Shown: positions 27,081-37,230 of the stretch, piece after piece
Layout of the letters: each line of letters opens with the position of its first letter
How positions within the stretch are numbered: position 1 is the first letter of the stretch
NCBI GenBank assembly: GCA_023246095.1
Contig: JAHFJA010000005.1
Location: 1 to 59,172 of the forward strand
DNA length: 59,172 nt
Source: a bacterium
Lineage (GTDB): Bacteria > Patescibacteriota > Patescibacteriia > JACQRZ01
Direction of reading: 5' to 3'
Program-made: the position numbers and the translations under genes
Notes under the pieces: generated by a model
What the model was told of the DNA's origin: nothing
Databases searched by the model: none
Seen by the model: only the letters and a program-made list of their open reading frames with translations

Positions 27081-28583
27081 TTATAATGACATTGATCGTG
27101 CAAGCTCTACTAGAAAACGTACCCCCGTACCACTTGCCCCTTTGCTGAGGAACTGGCCATCGGTCGTTGTCATAGTAGGGGCAATATCAATGTGTGCCCA
27201 TTTTGTAAATGATTTGGCAAACTGATAAAGAAACATACCGCCGTTGATAGTCCCTGCTTGCCTTCGCTGACGTTCCGCATTCGCAACGTCTCCAAACACT
27301 CCTTTTACGTCTCCTTCATATTCCTCCCACATTGGAAGAGGCCACATGTAATCACCACTTTTTTCTCCAATACTACACACTTCCTTTGAAAACTCTTCAT
27401 TGGGTGAAAGGACAGCCGATGCATTAGTCCCTAACGCGACAATTGATGCCCCTGTGAGAGTAGCCAAATCAACTACCAACGCTGGATCATAATGCTTTTC
27501 AGTATAGGTTAATGCGTCTGCTAATACAACTCTTCCTTCCGCATCCGGCGATACAACTTCGATCGTTTTACCTGACATTGATTTCAACAGATCACCAGGG
27601 CGATAGCTTTGTCCTGAAGGCATGTTTTCAACAGCAGGACACACACCAACCACATTGACCTTCAATCCCAGCTTTGCGATAGCACATATGGCAGATATGA
27701 CTGACGCAGCACCTGCCATATCCATATGCATCTCATTCATAGCACCTGAGGGTTTTAAGTCAAGCCCCCCACTATCAAAGGTGATTCCTTTTCCTAGGAA
27801 TACTAAGGGTTTTTCAGACTTTTCAGCCCCATTATATTCAAGAACAATCAACTGAGCATCTTCAACGCTACCCTTTGATACACCCAAAATACCTCCCATA
27901 CCCATCGTTGCCATTTCTTTCTCGTCAATAATGAGACAAGAAATTCCTACGTCTTTCGCCATACGCCGTGCACTATCTGCAAGCACGGTAGGGGTCATAT
28001 CTCCACCTGGCATATTTGAAAGTTCACGAGCATGGGTCATATATTCTCCTACAACCATACCCTCTCCAAGGGATGTTACTACCAAATCTTTCTGTGATTG
28101 GTCAGTATAGTATGCGAGTTCCTGTACAAAATACCATCCCTCTTTTGGGGTTTCTTTATGAGCAACAAATTCATAATTTGCCATCTCAGCATTGGTTGCA
28201 AACATATTTACCGACTCTACAAACGCAGTACCTGATGGAATAAACAAAGAAGGCTCCAAGACTGCAGACACGATATGCATATTACGCATACCTTGAATGA
28301 GAGCTCTTACTACCTTAACATATTTTCTACGATTATATTTTTCACGTTCCCCCATTCCAAGTAGGATTACAACGCCAATTTCATCACCAGGAAGAATAAT
28401 TTTCTCAATACTACCCACCGCCACAATCGCATCTTTTGCAACTTTTTGAATAAAATCTTTAATGCTCTGAGAAAATGTATCAACTAATACACTATCTTTT
28501 ACTGCTCGTTCATCGGTAAATAGCGGCAATACATATGTCGTAATCTGTGTCTTGGAAAGATTTGTAATTACACTGTGCTTCAT
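27081..28583 (-). CDS. pepA: Leucyl aminopeptidase (M17)
   Basis: GKGITFDSGG, DMAGAA, NMPSG, DAEGRVVLAD, WAHIDIA. Confidence 0.96.
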   Translation of the reverse strand: MKHSVITNLSKTQITTYVLPLFTDERAVKDSVLVDTFSQSIKDFIQKVAKDAIVAVGSIEKIILPGDEIGVVILLGMGEREKYNRRKYVKVVRALIQGMRNMHIVSAVLEPSLFIPSGTAFVESVNMFATNAEMANYEFVAHKETPKEGWYFVQELAYYTDQSQKDLVVTSLGEGMVVGEYMTHARELSNMPGGDMTPTVLADSARRMAKDVGISCLIIDEKEMATMGMGGILGVSKGSVEDAQLIVLEYNGAEKSEKPLVFLGKGITFDSGGLDLKPSGAMNEMHMDMAGAASVISAICAIAKLGLKVNVVGVCPAVENMPSGQSYRPGDLLKSMSGKTIEVVSPDAEGRVVLADALTYTEKHYDPALVVDLATLTGASIVALGTNASAVLSPNEEFSKEVCSIGEKSGDYMWPLPMWEEYEGDVKGVFGDVANAERQRRQAGTINGGMFLYQFAKSFTKWAHIDIAPTMTTTDGQFLSKGASGTGVRFLVELARSMSL

Positions 28584-28627
28584 AACAAGTCCAGAAAAAA
28601 ATAATACCTACGAGTATAACAGAAAAT

Positions 28628-28657
28628 AAAAAAGGATACCAGTATATGGAGTATCCT
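28628..28657 (-). terminator. Intrinsic terminator after the guanylate-kinase-like gene
   Basis: Minus strand AGGATAC...GTATCCT-TTTTT. Confidence 0.7.
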
Positions 28658-28696
28658 GCATTTTTTGTCGGTAAAATTCTCCCTTGTATAGGGCAT

Positions 28697-29290
28697 CTAT
28701 TCTATGAGAGTAAACTGGCGAATATATTCGACCAATGTTTTTACAGCCTGCTCTGCGCCGCCTATTCTAAAATGATTTTCAACAATTAGATCGTACGGAA
28801 CGTGTATCTCTCTGCGTGCATCGTCATCACGAGCACGCGCAGGTTCGATGTCTCTGGCAAGTACTGTATCCTTTGGAACTATGAGAATTGATCTTACCTC
28901 ATAGCCAGCATCTTTGAAAGTTTGATGCGCATGTTCCGACACATCATTGATTGCATGCGTCATTCTCAATGTCTCATTTAGCTGTGATTTTGTATGGCCA
29001 TAAAAATTATCACCGAGCTGATTCATCTCAAAGATATTGTCAGCTTCTTTTTGTGCGATCAACCATCCGATTGACTGGAAGTCGTACGCATCGTCCGTCT
29101 CGCCAATCCTTTTATTTCTGGTTGTAAATGACCGGACTCGCTGAATAATCGTTTTTTCTGCATTCAATTCCTGCACAGCACAAGTCACGAGATGCGTCTT
29201 TCCTGCACCGCTTGGTGCTGTTACTAAAAAAATAATGTTCTTTCCATCTCTCCTTTCCATAAAGGTACTCTCCTTTCTCTTAACAAGCAT
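28697..29290 (-). CDS. Guanylate kinase-like protein
   Basis: P-loop APSGAGKT; FTTRNKRIGE..D.YDF; NFYGH. Confidence 0.8.
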   Translation of the reverse strand: MLVKRKESTFMERRDGKNIIFLVTAPSGAGKTHLVTCAVQELNAEKTIIQRVRSFTTRNKRIGETDDAYDFQSIGWLIAQKEADNIFEMNQLGDNFYGHTKSQLNETLRMTHAINDVSEHAHQTFKDAGYEVRSILIVPKDTVLARDIEPARARDDDARREIHVPYDLIVENHFRIGGAEQAVKTLVEYIRQFTLIE

Positions 29291-29435
29291 TGTAGGCCAT
29301 CAACGTACCATACAAAATGGGAGCTGTAAAGGGGTGACCATAGTAAATATCGGCCTCTGTCCTTTTAATTTCAACCATCCATCTCTCCCGCCCGACTTCC
29401 ATCATTGTTTCAAGAAGAGTATGATATTAAGCAAT

Positions 29436-29470
29436 ACTTCACACTTTCTTCATCATCTTTTCCTTATTGT
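29436..29470 (+). promoter_or_regulatory. OmpR-type tandem box plus -10 (autoregulatory promoter of the response regulator)
   Basis: ACTTCAC-actt-TCTTCAT, 11 nt, TATTGT, 6 nt, ATG. Confidence 0.7.
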
Positions 29471-29476
29471 AGTCAC

Positions 29477-30139
29477 ATGAAAATCCTTGTCGTCGAAGAC
29501 GAACCTAAGATAAACAAAGGAATCACCAAAAGCCTTCAAGACCGTGGATATGCAGTAGATCAAGCTTTTGACGGTGAATCGGGGCAGAATTTGGCGCTAC
29601 TCAACAACTATGATCTTGTTGTGCTTGATATTATGATGCCCAAACGCGATGGGCTTGAAGTTTGTCGAAATTTACGTCGCGAAGGAAATACTACGCCTAT
29701 CTTGATGTTAACCGCTAAAGATACGATACGCGACAAAATCACAGGTCTTGATATCGGCGCAGATGATTATCTCATTAAACCATTTTCCCTTGATGAGCTT
29801 GCCGCAAGAATACGAACCTTGCTGCGACGCCCTCCACTTCAAAGCGCTGATCTATTGCGTCTTGACGAAATGGTACTTGACACCCGCTCTCAAATACTCA
29901 GTATAGAAGGCAAGACAATTGACCTTACCTTGCGCGAATATGGCCTCCTTGAATATCTACTAAGAAACAAAGGCGCGGTGCTGACAAGAGACGATCTCCT
30001 TGAACATGTATGGGACCGCAACTACGACTCTTTTAGCAATGTAGTGGACGTCCACCTCAAAAATCTACGAAAAAAATTACCTACAAAATATGCAAAACGT
30101 ATTAAAACGGTTTGGGGTAAAGGATACCGGCTCTTTTGA
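29477..30139 (+). CDS. OmpR-family response regulator
   Basis: MKILVVEDE, LDIMMP, LTAK, GADDYLIKPF; C-terminal wHTH ending IKTVWGKGY. Confidence 0.96.
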   Translation: MKILVVEDEPKINKGITKSLQDRGYAVDQAFDGESGQNLALLNNYDLVVLDIMMPKRDGLEVCRNLRREGNTTPILMLTAKDTIRDKITGLDIGADDYLIKPFSLDELAARIRTLLRRPPLQSADLLRLDEMVLDTRSQILSIEGKTIDLTLREYGLLEYLLRNKGAVLTRDDLLEHVWDRNYDSFSNVVDVHLKNLRKKLPTKYAKRIKTVWGKGYRLF

Positions 30140-31136
30140 TGAGCATTTCCACAATTCCCTCTGGAAACTAACTCTCTTATATACCGTGGTTTTGGCCACG
30201 ATTCTTTTAATATCCAGCGGAGTCATCTACGGTGCATTTTCCCAAAAACTGGGGCGACGATATGGTGACTTTCGCATTATTCCTACTGATCGACCGGGAG
30301 TAGCGCTTATACAGACTCCCCCCATTTCCCAACAAGAAGTTCAAGAAGAATTGATATATTCATTAATCTTGGTAAATGGTGTATTGCTTCTCGTTGCGGG
30401 TGCGGCAAGTTACGGCCTCGCTCATATTACTCTCAAGCCAATCAAGGACTCATACGATCGCCAACGGCGTTTTTTTGCTGACGCATCACACGAACTCCGA
30501 ACTCCGCTCAGTATTCTAAAAATTGACCTGGAAAATGAAATTGCCGATACTGAGATTTCATCCGCTGCCAGGACAGTAGCAAGAGGATATCTCGAAGAAG
30601 TAGACAGAATGAGCACACTTGTATCAAATCTTTTAACACTATCCCGTATACACGACGAACGTACCATCACCCATAGTGACTTCAAGTCCACCAACCTATC
30701 CGCTGTAGTACGCGAGGTTTCCGAGCGTCTTCAACCCCTGGCAAAAGAGCATAACGTTGTTATGAGTTTAACCGAGGAGAAGAATGATATTATGCTCTTC
30801 TCGGACGAACAGCTGCTTTCAAGCAGCCTAGAGAACGTCATAAAGAATGCAATTTTATACAACAAACCCCACGGTACAGTACAAATCAATACCTCTCTTG
30901 ATATTAACAAAGCAACAATAGAAATAATTGACAGTGGAATCGGCATCGCTCCAAAAGATTTTTCTCATATCTTCGAAAGATTTTATCGAACGGACAAAAG
31001 CAGATCACGATCAACTGGAGGAAGTGGCCTTGGCCTACCAATCGTTCGTTCATCTCTCGAGCAACTAGGCGGTGAAGTATACATAAAAAGTACATTAGAA
31101 AAGGGTACTACTGTAACGTTAGAATTACCTCTCTAA
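30090..31136 (+). CDS. Sensor histidine kinase with two TM segments and a short loop
   Basis: H-box FFADASHELRTPL, N-box NAILYN, DSGIGI, FERFYR, GSGLGL. Confidence 0.95.
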   Translation: MQNVLKRFGVKDTGSFDEHFHNSLWKLTLLYTVVLATILLISSGVIYGAFSQKLGRRYGDFRIIPTDRPGVALIQTPPISQQEVQEELIYSLILVNGVLLLVAGAASYGLAHITLKPIKDSYDRQRRFFADASHELRTPLSILKIDLENEIADTEISSAARTVARGYLEEVDRMSTLVSNLLTLSRIHDERTITHSDFKSTNLSAVVREVSERLQPLAKEHNVVMSLTEEKNDIMLFSDEQLLSSSLENVIKNAILYNKPHGTVQINTSLDINKATIEIIDSGIGIAPKDFSHIFERFYRTDKSRSRSTGGSGLGLPIVRSSLEQLGGEVYIKSTLEKGTTVTLELPL

Positions 31137-31139
31137 CAC

Positions 31140-31174
31140 TCTTCATATTTTCTTCATGGGGGTACTGATATAGT
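31140..31174 (+). promoter_or_regulatory. OmpR-type tandem box plus extended -10
   Basis: TCTTCAT-attt-TCTTCAT, 11 nt, TATAGT (TGaTATAGT). Confidence 0.75.
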
Positions 31175-31293
31175 ACATGCATGATCGAGGGAAATGTCCT
31201 GAGATCTGGTGAACGAACGATATGCTGGATCTATACGTACGGAGATCTGGAATACACGCAAAGTCACCGTTCTTACTCTTAACACGGGGAACT

Positions 31294-31848
31294 ATGAAAA
31301 ATTCGAAGTTCGCCACATCAGCAGCAGTCACCGCAGCGGTGATAGTAGGTATTGCGGGTCCAGGTATTGCCGCGAGTACTTATGCAGCCAGCACGCCTGG
31401 AAGTGCCAATCCAGGAAGTAAACTGATTACCGCTATCGCCCAACGCTTTAACCTAAAAGAGAGCGACGTGCAACAGGTCTTTAATGACCAGCATACACAG
31501 ATGCAAGCAGCGCGAGAGCAACAAGAAGCAGACAGACTCACACAGGCAGTAAAAGACGGTAAGCTCACACAAGCTCAAGCAGATGCAATAACCGCAAAAC
31601 AGGCGGAAATGAAGGCGGCGATGGAAAGTCTTAAGGGGAAAACCCCGGCAGAACGCCAGGTCGCCATGAAGACACAAATAGAATCGCTCAAAAAATGGGC
31701 AACGGATAATAAAATCCCTCAAAAGTTCTTTCCTTTATCAGGTGGCCCACGCATGGGACATGGTCACCAAGGATTTGAAAAGAACGCATTTGGAGAGCGA
31801 GAGGGATTACCTAAAGGTGCCCCAAGAGCCCCTACGGCGATTCGTTAA
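31294..31848 (+). CDS. Secreted alpha-helical protein with LTxxQ-like motif (Spy/CpxP-like)
   Basis: Signal peptide; QAVKDGKLTQAQADAI; Gln/Met/Lys-rich helices. Confidence 0.6.
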   Translation: MKNSKFATSAAVTAAVIVGIAGPGIAASTYAASTPGSANPGSKLITAIAQRFNLKESDVQQVFNDQHTQMQAAREQQEADRLTQAVKDGKLTQAQADAITAKQAEMKAAMESLKGKTPAERQVAMKTQIESLKKWATDNKIPQKFFPLSGGPRMGHGHQGFEKNAFGEREGLPKGAPRAPTAIR

Positions 31849-31879
31849 ACTGCCGTAGCGCCGACAAGCATGGGATTTT

Positions 31880-31911
31880 AAAACCGAGAGCATATCAGCT
31901 CTCGGTTTTTT
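31880..31911. terminator. Bidirectional intrinsic terminator
   Basis: AAAACCGAGAGC-atatca-GCTCTCGGTTTTTT between convergent genes. Confidence 0.9.
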
Positions 31912-31942
31912 AGTGAGAAAGTTATAACTACTAATACAGCTT

Positions 31943-32569
31943 TTAATTGCGTACAATAAAGGCTTCCATCATAGGCCTCACTTTCTTCACAACAACATCG
32001 TCTTCCGCGCGAAACCCTAGAGTCACCATTACACACGACTCAAGCCCTTTTTCATTAAGCTCGAGAATCTCATCAAATTTTATTGAATCAAAGCCTTCCA
32101 TAGGACAGGTATCAATTTCTTCACACGCTGCAGCAGCCAACAAAACACCCAAACCGATATATGCTTGTTTTTTTGCCCACTCTTTGCGAGCTTCCTGGTT
32201 TTTCCCCGCGATGGATCCTTTCATCATGTTAGCATACCCGGCCAGTTGTTCTGCGGGGACTCCGCGAGTTTCAGAGACGTTCACAATATATTGATCAACA
32301 AGCGCTTCATCAATATTTTTTTCAATTGCAAAAACAAGAACGTTTGATGCATCCACCACTTGTGTCTGTCCATACGCAGCACTTTGTAAAGCCATACGTG
32401 TTTCAGGATTCTCTACGACAACGATCTTCCACGTTGGTAGACCAAAAGATGAAGGAGATAACCGAGTTGCGTCCAATAGATCAGCAAGTTGTTCTTTACT
32501 TAATTTTTTTGTGACATCGAATTTTTTTGTTGCATAGCGCCAATTCATTGCCTCTACAATATTTTTCAT
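31943..32569 (-). CDS. NAD(P)H nitroreductase (NfsB-like)
   Basis: MNWRYATKKFD, RLSPSSFGLPTW, IDTCPMEGFD. Confidence 0.93.
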   Translation of the reverse strand: MKNIVEAMNWRYATKKFDVTKKLSKEQLADLLDATRLSPSSFGLPTWKIVVVENPETRMALQSAAYGQTQVVDASNVLVFAIEKNIDEALVDQYIVNVSETRGVPAEQLAGYANMMKGSIAGKNQEARKEWAKKQAYIGLGVLLAAAACEEIDTCPMEGFDSIKFDEILELNEKGLESCVMVTLGFRAEDDVVVKKVRPMMEAFIVRN

Positions 32570-32619
32570 ACTGTTCAAAATTATAAGTAAGGATAAAACC
32601 CATTGTAGTCTATCTAGAC

Positions 32620-32656
32620 AAAAAGAAAAGGGGCTCAAATCTAGAAACCCCTTTTC
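32620..32656 (-). terminator. Terminator of the MacAB-like operon
   Basis: Minus strand GAAAAGGGG...CCCCTTTTC-TTTTT. Confidence 0.8.
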
Positions 32657-32662
32657 AAGTAT

Positions 32663-33127
32663 CTACTTTTGAGTATTATCTGATGCATTGGTTGCAGGAC
32701 TTACGAGACGAATCTGGACCGTATCAGCATTTAAGCTCCCATCTGAATTTGGCTTTCCACTTACTGTCACTTGACTTCCCACCGTAAGATCTGATGATGC
32801 ACCATTCACCGATTTTAACACCTCGGTCTTATCACCTAGAAATACAATCTTTGATCCACCATCACGAAGCTTTACGGTAATGCTCTTCCCATCATTAGAA
32901 ATGATATCACCAGCAGTAAAGCTGCCCGCTCCACCACTACGAGCACCTCCTGCGCCCCCAAATCGTGCCTGTCGCTGTCCTGGCGTCATATTCGAAATGC
33001 CCAATCCGCCCGATTTTTTTTGAGCGTTTGCATACTGCATACCTCCATAAAACGTACCTCCACCCACTATAATAAAAGCAATGACAACCCCGATAATCTT
33101 AGAAAGATTGTTTTTCTTTGTATCCAT
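32663..33127 (-). CDS. Membrane-anchored small OB-fold-like protein (DUF5666-like)
   Basis: N-terminal TM, Gly-rich linker, GDIIS.DG.SITV...LTVGSQVTVSG...G.L.A..VQI. Confidence 0.6.
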   Translation of the reverse strand: MDTKKNNLSKIIGVVIAFIIVGGGTFYGGMQYANAQKKSGGLGISNMTPGQRQARFGGAGGARSGGAGSFTAGDIISNDGKSITVKLRDGGSKIVFLGDKTEVLKSVNGASSDLTVGSQVTVSGKPNSDGSLNADTVQIRLVSPATNASDNTQK

Positions 33128-33153
33128 ATAATAATAGATTTTAGATTAAATAA

Positions 33154-34380
33154 TTATTCATATCTCAATGCGACGATGGGGTTTAATTTCGACGCTCGTC
33201 GAGCTGGGTAGTATCCGAATATAATTCCTATCACTGTTGAGACCCCAAAAGCAATAAGAATTGATGAGACAGAAACCTTCGTCTGAATTAAACCAAATTG
33301 ATTGATCCCCACTGAGATTCCCCAACCCAGAACTACTCCAATAGCACCACCCAAAAATGTTAGCATGACGGCTTCAAGCAGAAACTGAAGATTGATATCC
33401 CGCCGTTTAGCTCCAATAGCTTTTCTTAACCCAATCTCCCGTGTTCTCTCGGTTACGTTAGTTAACATCATGTTCATGATACCGATTCCGCCAACTAGCA
33501 GTGAAATACCAGCGACTGCAGCAAGGAGAATGGTAAGTGTATTAGTAACCGTTGACGCGGTCGCAACAATATCTGCTTGATTAAGCGTACTAAAATCGGC
33601 TAGCTGCGGATCAGAAATATGATGCCGTTCGAGCAACAAGGTCGTAAGGTCCTGCTGTACGGTAGACATCGACGATGAGTCACGTGCTTGAACACTAATG
33701 GTCGTTACATAATTATCCCCCGCCAAAAACCTCTCTGCGCTAGTTAATGGTACAAAAATCATGTCATCTTGACTACCAAATCCCGACCCCCCTTTTGCCT
33801 TGGTCACACCGATAATCTTAAATTCCACATTTTTAATACGGATAGTCTGACCTATCGCATTTCCTCCATCACCAAACAAATCAGTAACTACTGTTGGCCC
33901 CACGACCGCAACCTTCGATAAAGAACGAAGATGTTGATCTGTAATGAATAGACCTTGATCAAGTTGAATATTTCGAACTCCCAGGTAGGTATCGGTGACC
34001 CCGACTACTGACGTATTAGTATTTGTTCCTTTACTGGTAACTTGATATCGCCCTGATAACTCGGGGGCTACCGAGGTTATTTCTGTGTTTCCTGACAAAG
34101 TAATCGCATCAGCGTCGGCCTGTGTCAAAGTTCGAGCAGATCCCCTGCCCGCGCTTATTTGAACCCCCGCCCCTCTCTGTGCCCCAGGCATAACGAGTAT
34201 AAGATTCGAACCAATTGATTGAATACTAGACTGAATCGATCCTTGCGCACCCTGACCGATGGAAACCATAGCAATTACCGAACTAATGCCAATAACAATA
34301 CCCAAAATTGTAAGACCTGAACGCGCCTTATTGGATGAAAGACTTGAATATGTTTCATGAAGAAGGTCAGATATTCTCAT
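33154..34380 (-). CDS. MacB-like ABC transporter permease
   Basis: RSGLTILGIVIGISSV, GGIGIMNMML.NVTERTREIGLRKAIGA, GYYPARRAS.LNPI.ALRYE. Confidence 0.95.
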   Translation of the reverse strand: MRISDLLHETYSSLSSNKARSGLTILGIVIGISSVIAMVSIGQGAQGSIQSSIQSIGSNLILVMPGAQRGAGVQISAGRGSARTLTQADADAITLSGNTEITSVAPELSGRYQVTSKGTNTNTSVVGVTDTYLGVRNIQLDQGLFITDQHLRSLSKVAVVGPTVVTDLFGDGGNAIGQTIRIKNVEFKIIGVTKAKGGSGFGSQDDMIFVPLTSAERFLAGDNYVTTISVQARDSSSMSTVQQDLTTLLLERHHISDPQLADFSTLNQADIVATASTVTNTLTILLAAVAGISLLVGGIGIMNMMLTNVTERTREIGLRKAIGAKRRDINLQFLLEAVMLTFLGGAIGVVLGWGISVGINQFGLIQTKVSVSSILIAFGVSTVIGIIFGYYPARRASKLNPIVALRYE

Positions 34381-35102
34381 ATTGTAGATGCTCCGTGAGG
34401 TAGGATATGTTTCTTTCCTGAACGAGTAGGAATATCTTCAACAATACTCCCGTCTTTAATGACAATAATCCGATCAGCATGTTGCGCAACATCCGGCTCA
34501 TGGGTAATAAGTACGATTGTCCTACCCTCTTCTTTGTTCAACTTTCCAAAGGTAGCAAGAACGATCTCACCTGTTTTAGAGTCCAAATTTCCCGTCGGTT
34601 CGTCAGCGAGAATGAGTGCCGGGTTATTTACTAAAGATCGCGCGATCGCAACACGCTGAACTTGACCGCCGGAAAGTTGATTTGATCGATGAGAAAAATG
34701 CTGCTCCTCCAATCCAGCCGCAAATAATGCTTTACGTGCACGCTGCAAACGTTCTTCTCCCACAACCCCTGCATATGTCAAAGGTAACATGACGTTACTT
34801 AACACTGTCGCACGGGGCAAAATATTGAATGATTGGAATACAAACCCTATCTTTTCTCGACGAATATCAGCGAGTTCGTCATCATTGAGGGTAGATACAT
34901 CCTTGCCGTCGAGGACATATGTACCGCTTGTTGGTGTGTCCAAGGCTCCCAAGATATACATCAATGTAGATTTCCCTGACCCCGAAGGACCCATAATCGC
35001 AACAAATTCTCCGTCTTGAATAGTAAAGGTAACCCCTTTAAGTGCTTGAAAATCACTATCACCAATCCTATATGTTTTCTTAATGTTATTTACCTCGATC
35101 AT
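34377..35102 (-). CDS. MacB/LolD-type ABC ATP-binding protein
   Basis: GPSGSGKST, LSGGQVQRV, ILADEPTGNLD. Start re-placed to ATG 35102. Confidence 0.95.
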   Translation of the reverse strand: MIEVNNIKKTYRIGDSDFQALKGVTFTIQDGEFVAIMGPSGSGKSTLMYILGALDTPTSGTYVLDGKDVSTLNDDELADIRREKIGFVFQSFNILPRATVLSNVMLPLTYAGVVGEERLQRARKALFAAGLEEQHFSHRSNQLSGGQVQRVAIARSLVNNPALILADEPTGNLDSKTGEIVLATFGKLNKEEGRTIVLITHEPDVAQHADRIIVIKDGSIVEDIPTRSGKKHILPHGASTI

Positions 35103-35103
35103 A

Positions 35104-37188
35104 TTATCGTCCAGTAGCACCGGACGCTCCCCGGAATGTACCCCCCGCTCCACCCCCCCTGTTCCCCGTATTTGGCGTCCCCAACAAACTAGGTGCCTGT
35201 GTTGTGATGGTTGTTGTCGTCGTTGGACGAATCGTACGAGTAATAACCTGATCTCCTTCTTTGAGACCGTCGACAATTTCTGTTGATGTATCATTAGAAA
35301 TCCCAACAGTAACCATTCGTTGTTCAGGGGATGTATTAAGTGTCACCCCTTGATTGTTGGTCTCTTTAATCATTGTTGGTGTTACCAATTCAACATACGT
35401 AGTGCCGTCTCCTTGTGTTTTTATGGCACCATTGTCGACTGTGATAACATCTTGTTTCGCCTGAGTAATAATGGCGGCACTCGTACTCATACCCGGCTTT
35501 ACTCGACCATCTTGAGTATCAAACACAATCTTTGCTGTATAACTGACCACACCTTGAGTAACGGTTCCGATCGACTGAATTTCAACCACCTCTCCTGTCA
35601 CCTGTAATCCATCTATTGCGTCAAACGTTAATGTCGCCTTATCACCAACTTGTATTTTTGCAGCATCGACTTCATTGAGAGAAATTTCAGCAATACGTTG
35701 TTTTGTAATAAGCGTCACAATGACAGTACTTGGGGAAACTGCATCTCCTTTTTTTACAGGAACACTAGCGACGACACCATCGAATGGCGCAACAATAGAA
35801 TAGTCAGCGAGAGCTGTCTTGGCATCAGTAAGAGCATTTGCTTTTTGTTCAACCATCAATTGTTGGGTTTGCACATCGAGCGGATCTGCGCCTGCTTTGA
35901 GTTTAGCAAGCGCTGATTCTTTTTCAGCGATCAATGCCTTAGCATTAGCAATATCGATCGGATCAGCACCTGCGGTAAGTTTAGCAAGAGTCGATTCTTT
36001 TTCCTGCACCGAAGACTTGGCAGCTGCTAAATCAAGTGGTTGATTTTGCTGGAGTTGAGACAGGTTACTCGTTGCGGTTATAACTGCTTGATTATTATCT
36101 TTTACTGTCTGCTGACTCGACAATAACGCCGACAAATGGCCATTTACCTTACCAATATCAGTAGATGCTTTCGTTTGATTTGTTTTTATTTGTAAATAAA
36201 TAAGATAGTGTTTTTGAGTGCGATAATCAACCCATGCATCCATATAGTTGCTTTCGCTTTTTGTAGCCTGAGCAATTTGTTTTGTTGTGTCTATTGTTTG
36301 TTGCAATAATGACTCAACGGTGATGCGATCGGAGTATCGTGTGGACGCTTTAAATGCAGTGAAGGTCTTATCATATAAAGCACGTGCTGTCTGCTCATCA
36401 TTTTCAGCAACAGTCTGTAGTGTTTGCATATACGGCCGATCAGCAACATCAACGTCATTAATCATAACCATGGAATTACTTTCATTATTTATGATATCAG
36501 TATTATGAAGTATCCCATCCACATCGGTCATAATTGTGGGGAGATCTAAAAATGTATTTGCAATTTCATTGAACGCATCTTCGTACGCTTTCGCAGTATT
36601 GTCAGTGGCTTTCTGAGAAGCTGCTTGGGCATTACTGAGGTCAGTAGGCTGAGATAGAACCAACTTTGAAAGAACATCTTGAGCATTTTTTAATGTATTC
36701 TGTGCCTGCAGAACCGATGAAGCGTCCGCCGATTGTTGTAATTTACTCAAAGCATTACGAGCACTATCTACGGCATTTTGTGCTTGAAGTATTGAATATG
36801 AATCTGCTGGTTTCTTTAATTTTTCTAACGCTAATACGGACGATTCCCAATTTGATTGTGCATCCCGGACCGTCTTTTGTGCATCACGATCATCAATCAT
36901 AGCCAAAACAGTACCTGATTTTACATCAATACTATCTGTCAACACATTCAACACATCTCCCGATACCTTTGACTTAACATCGACTTGATTAAGTGCGGCC
37001 ACCTGCCCGCTGCCTGACACCGTGCTAATTAACGCACCTTTTTGGGCAGTACCCAGGACATACCGAACTTCCGTAGCTGGTTTATTCAGTGCAGTTAGCG
37101 CCCAATAAGTGCCTCCTATCAAAACAACAACACTGACCCCAACAAAGATACGATGGCGTCCGAATAACGTAACAATTTTCTTCAACAT
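35104..37188 (-). CDS. Efflux periplasmic adaptor (MacA/HlyD family) with very long coiled coil
   Basis: VSGSGQV...VKSKVSG.V; IVAPFDGVV...V..GD; LNEVDAAKIQVG; PGMST; GL.EGD.V. Confidence 0.9.
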   Translation of the reverse strand: MLKKIVTLFGRHRIFVGVSVVVLIGGTYWALTALNKPATEVRYVLGTAQKGALISTVSGSGQVAALNQVDVKSKVSGDVLNVLTDSIDVKSGTVLAMIDDRDAQKTVRDAQSNWESSVLALEKLKKPADSYSILQAQNAVDSARNALSKLQQSADASSVLQAQNTLKNAQDVLSKLVLSQPTDLSNAQAASQKATDNTAKAYEDAFNEIANTFLDLPTIMTDVDGILHNTDIINNESNSMVMINDVDVADRPYMQTLQTVAENDEQTARALYDKTFTAFKASTRYSDRITVESLLQQTIDTTKQIAQATKSESNYMDAWVDYRTQKHYLIYLQIKTNQTKASTDIGKVNGHLSALLSSQQTVKDNNQAVITATSNLSQLQQNQPLDLAAAKSSVQEKESTLAKLTAGADPIDIANAKALIAEKESALAKLKAGADPLDVQTQQLMVEQKANALTDAKTALADYSIVAPFDGVVASVPVKKGDAVSPSTVIVTLITKQRIAEISLNEVDAAKIQVGDKATLTFDAIDGLQVTGEVVEIQSIGTVTQGVVSYTAKIVFDTQDGRVKPGMSTSAAIITQAKQDVITVDNGAIKTQGDGTTYVELVTPTMIKETNNQGVTLNTSPEQRMVTVGISNDTSTEIVDGLKEGDQVITRTIRPTTTTTITTQAPSLLGTPNTGNRGGGAGGTFRGASGATGR

Positions 37189-37230
37189 AGAAAAATAAGG
37201 AATTATGCCCAATTAACGCAATCCGATGGA

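Noticed and set aside
29280-29405. Possible 41-aa minus-strand ORF (MMEVGRERWMVEIK...) upstream of the guanylate-kinase-like gene
   Set aside because: No motif, no clear promoter or ribosome-binding site; cannot be supported without conservation data.
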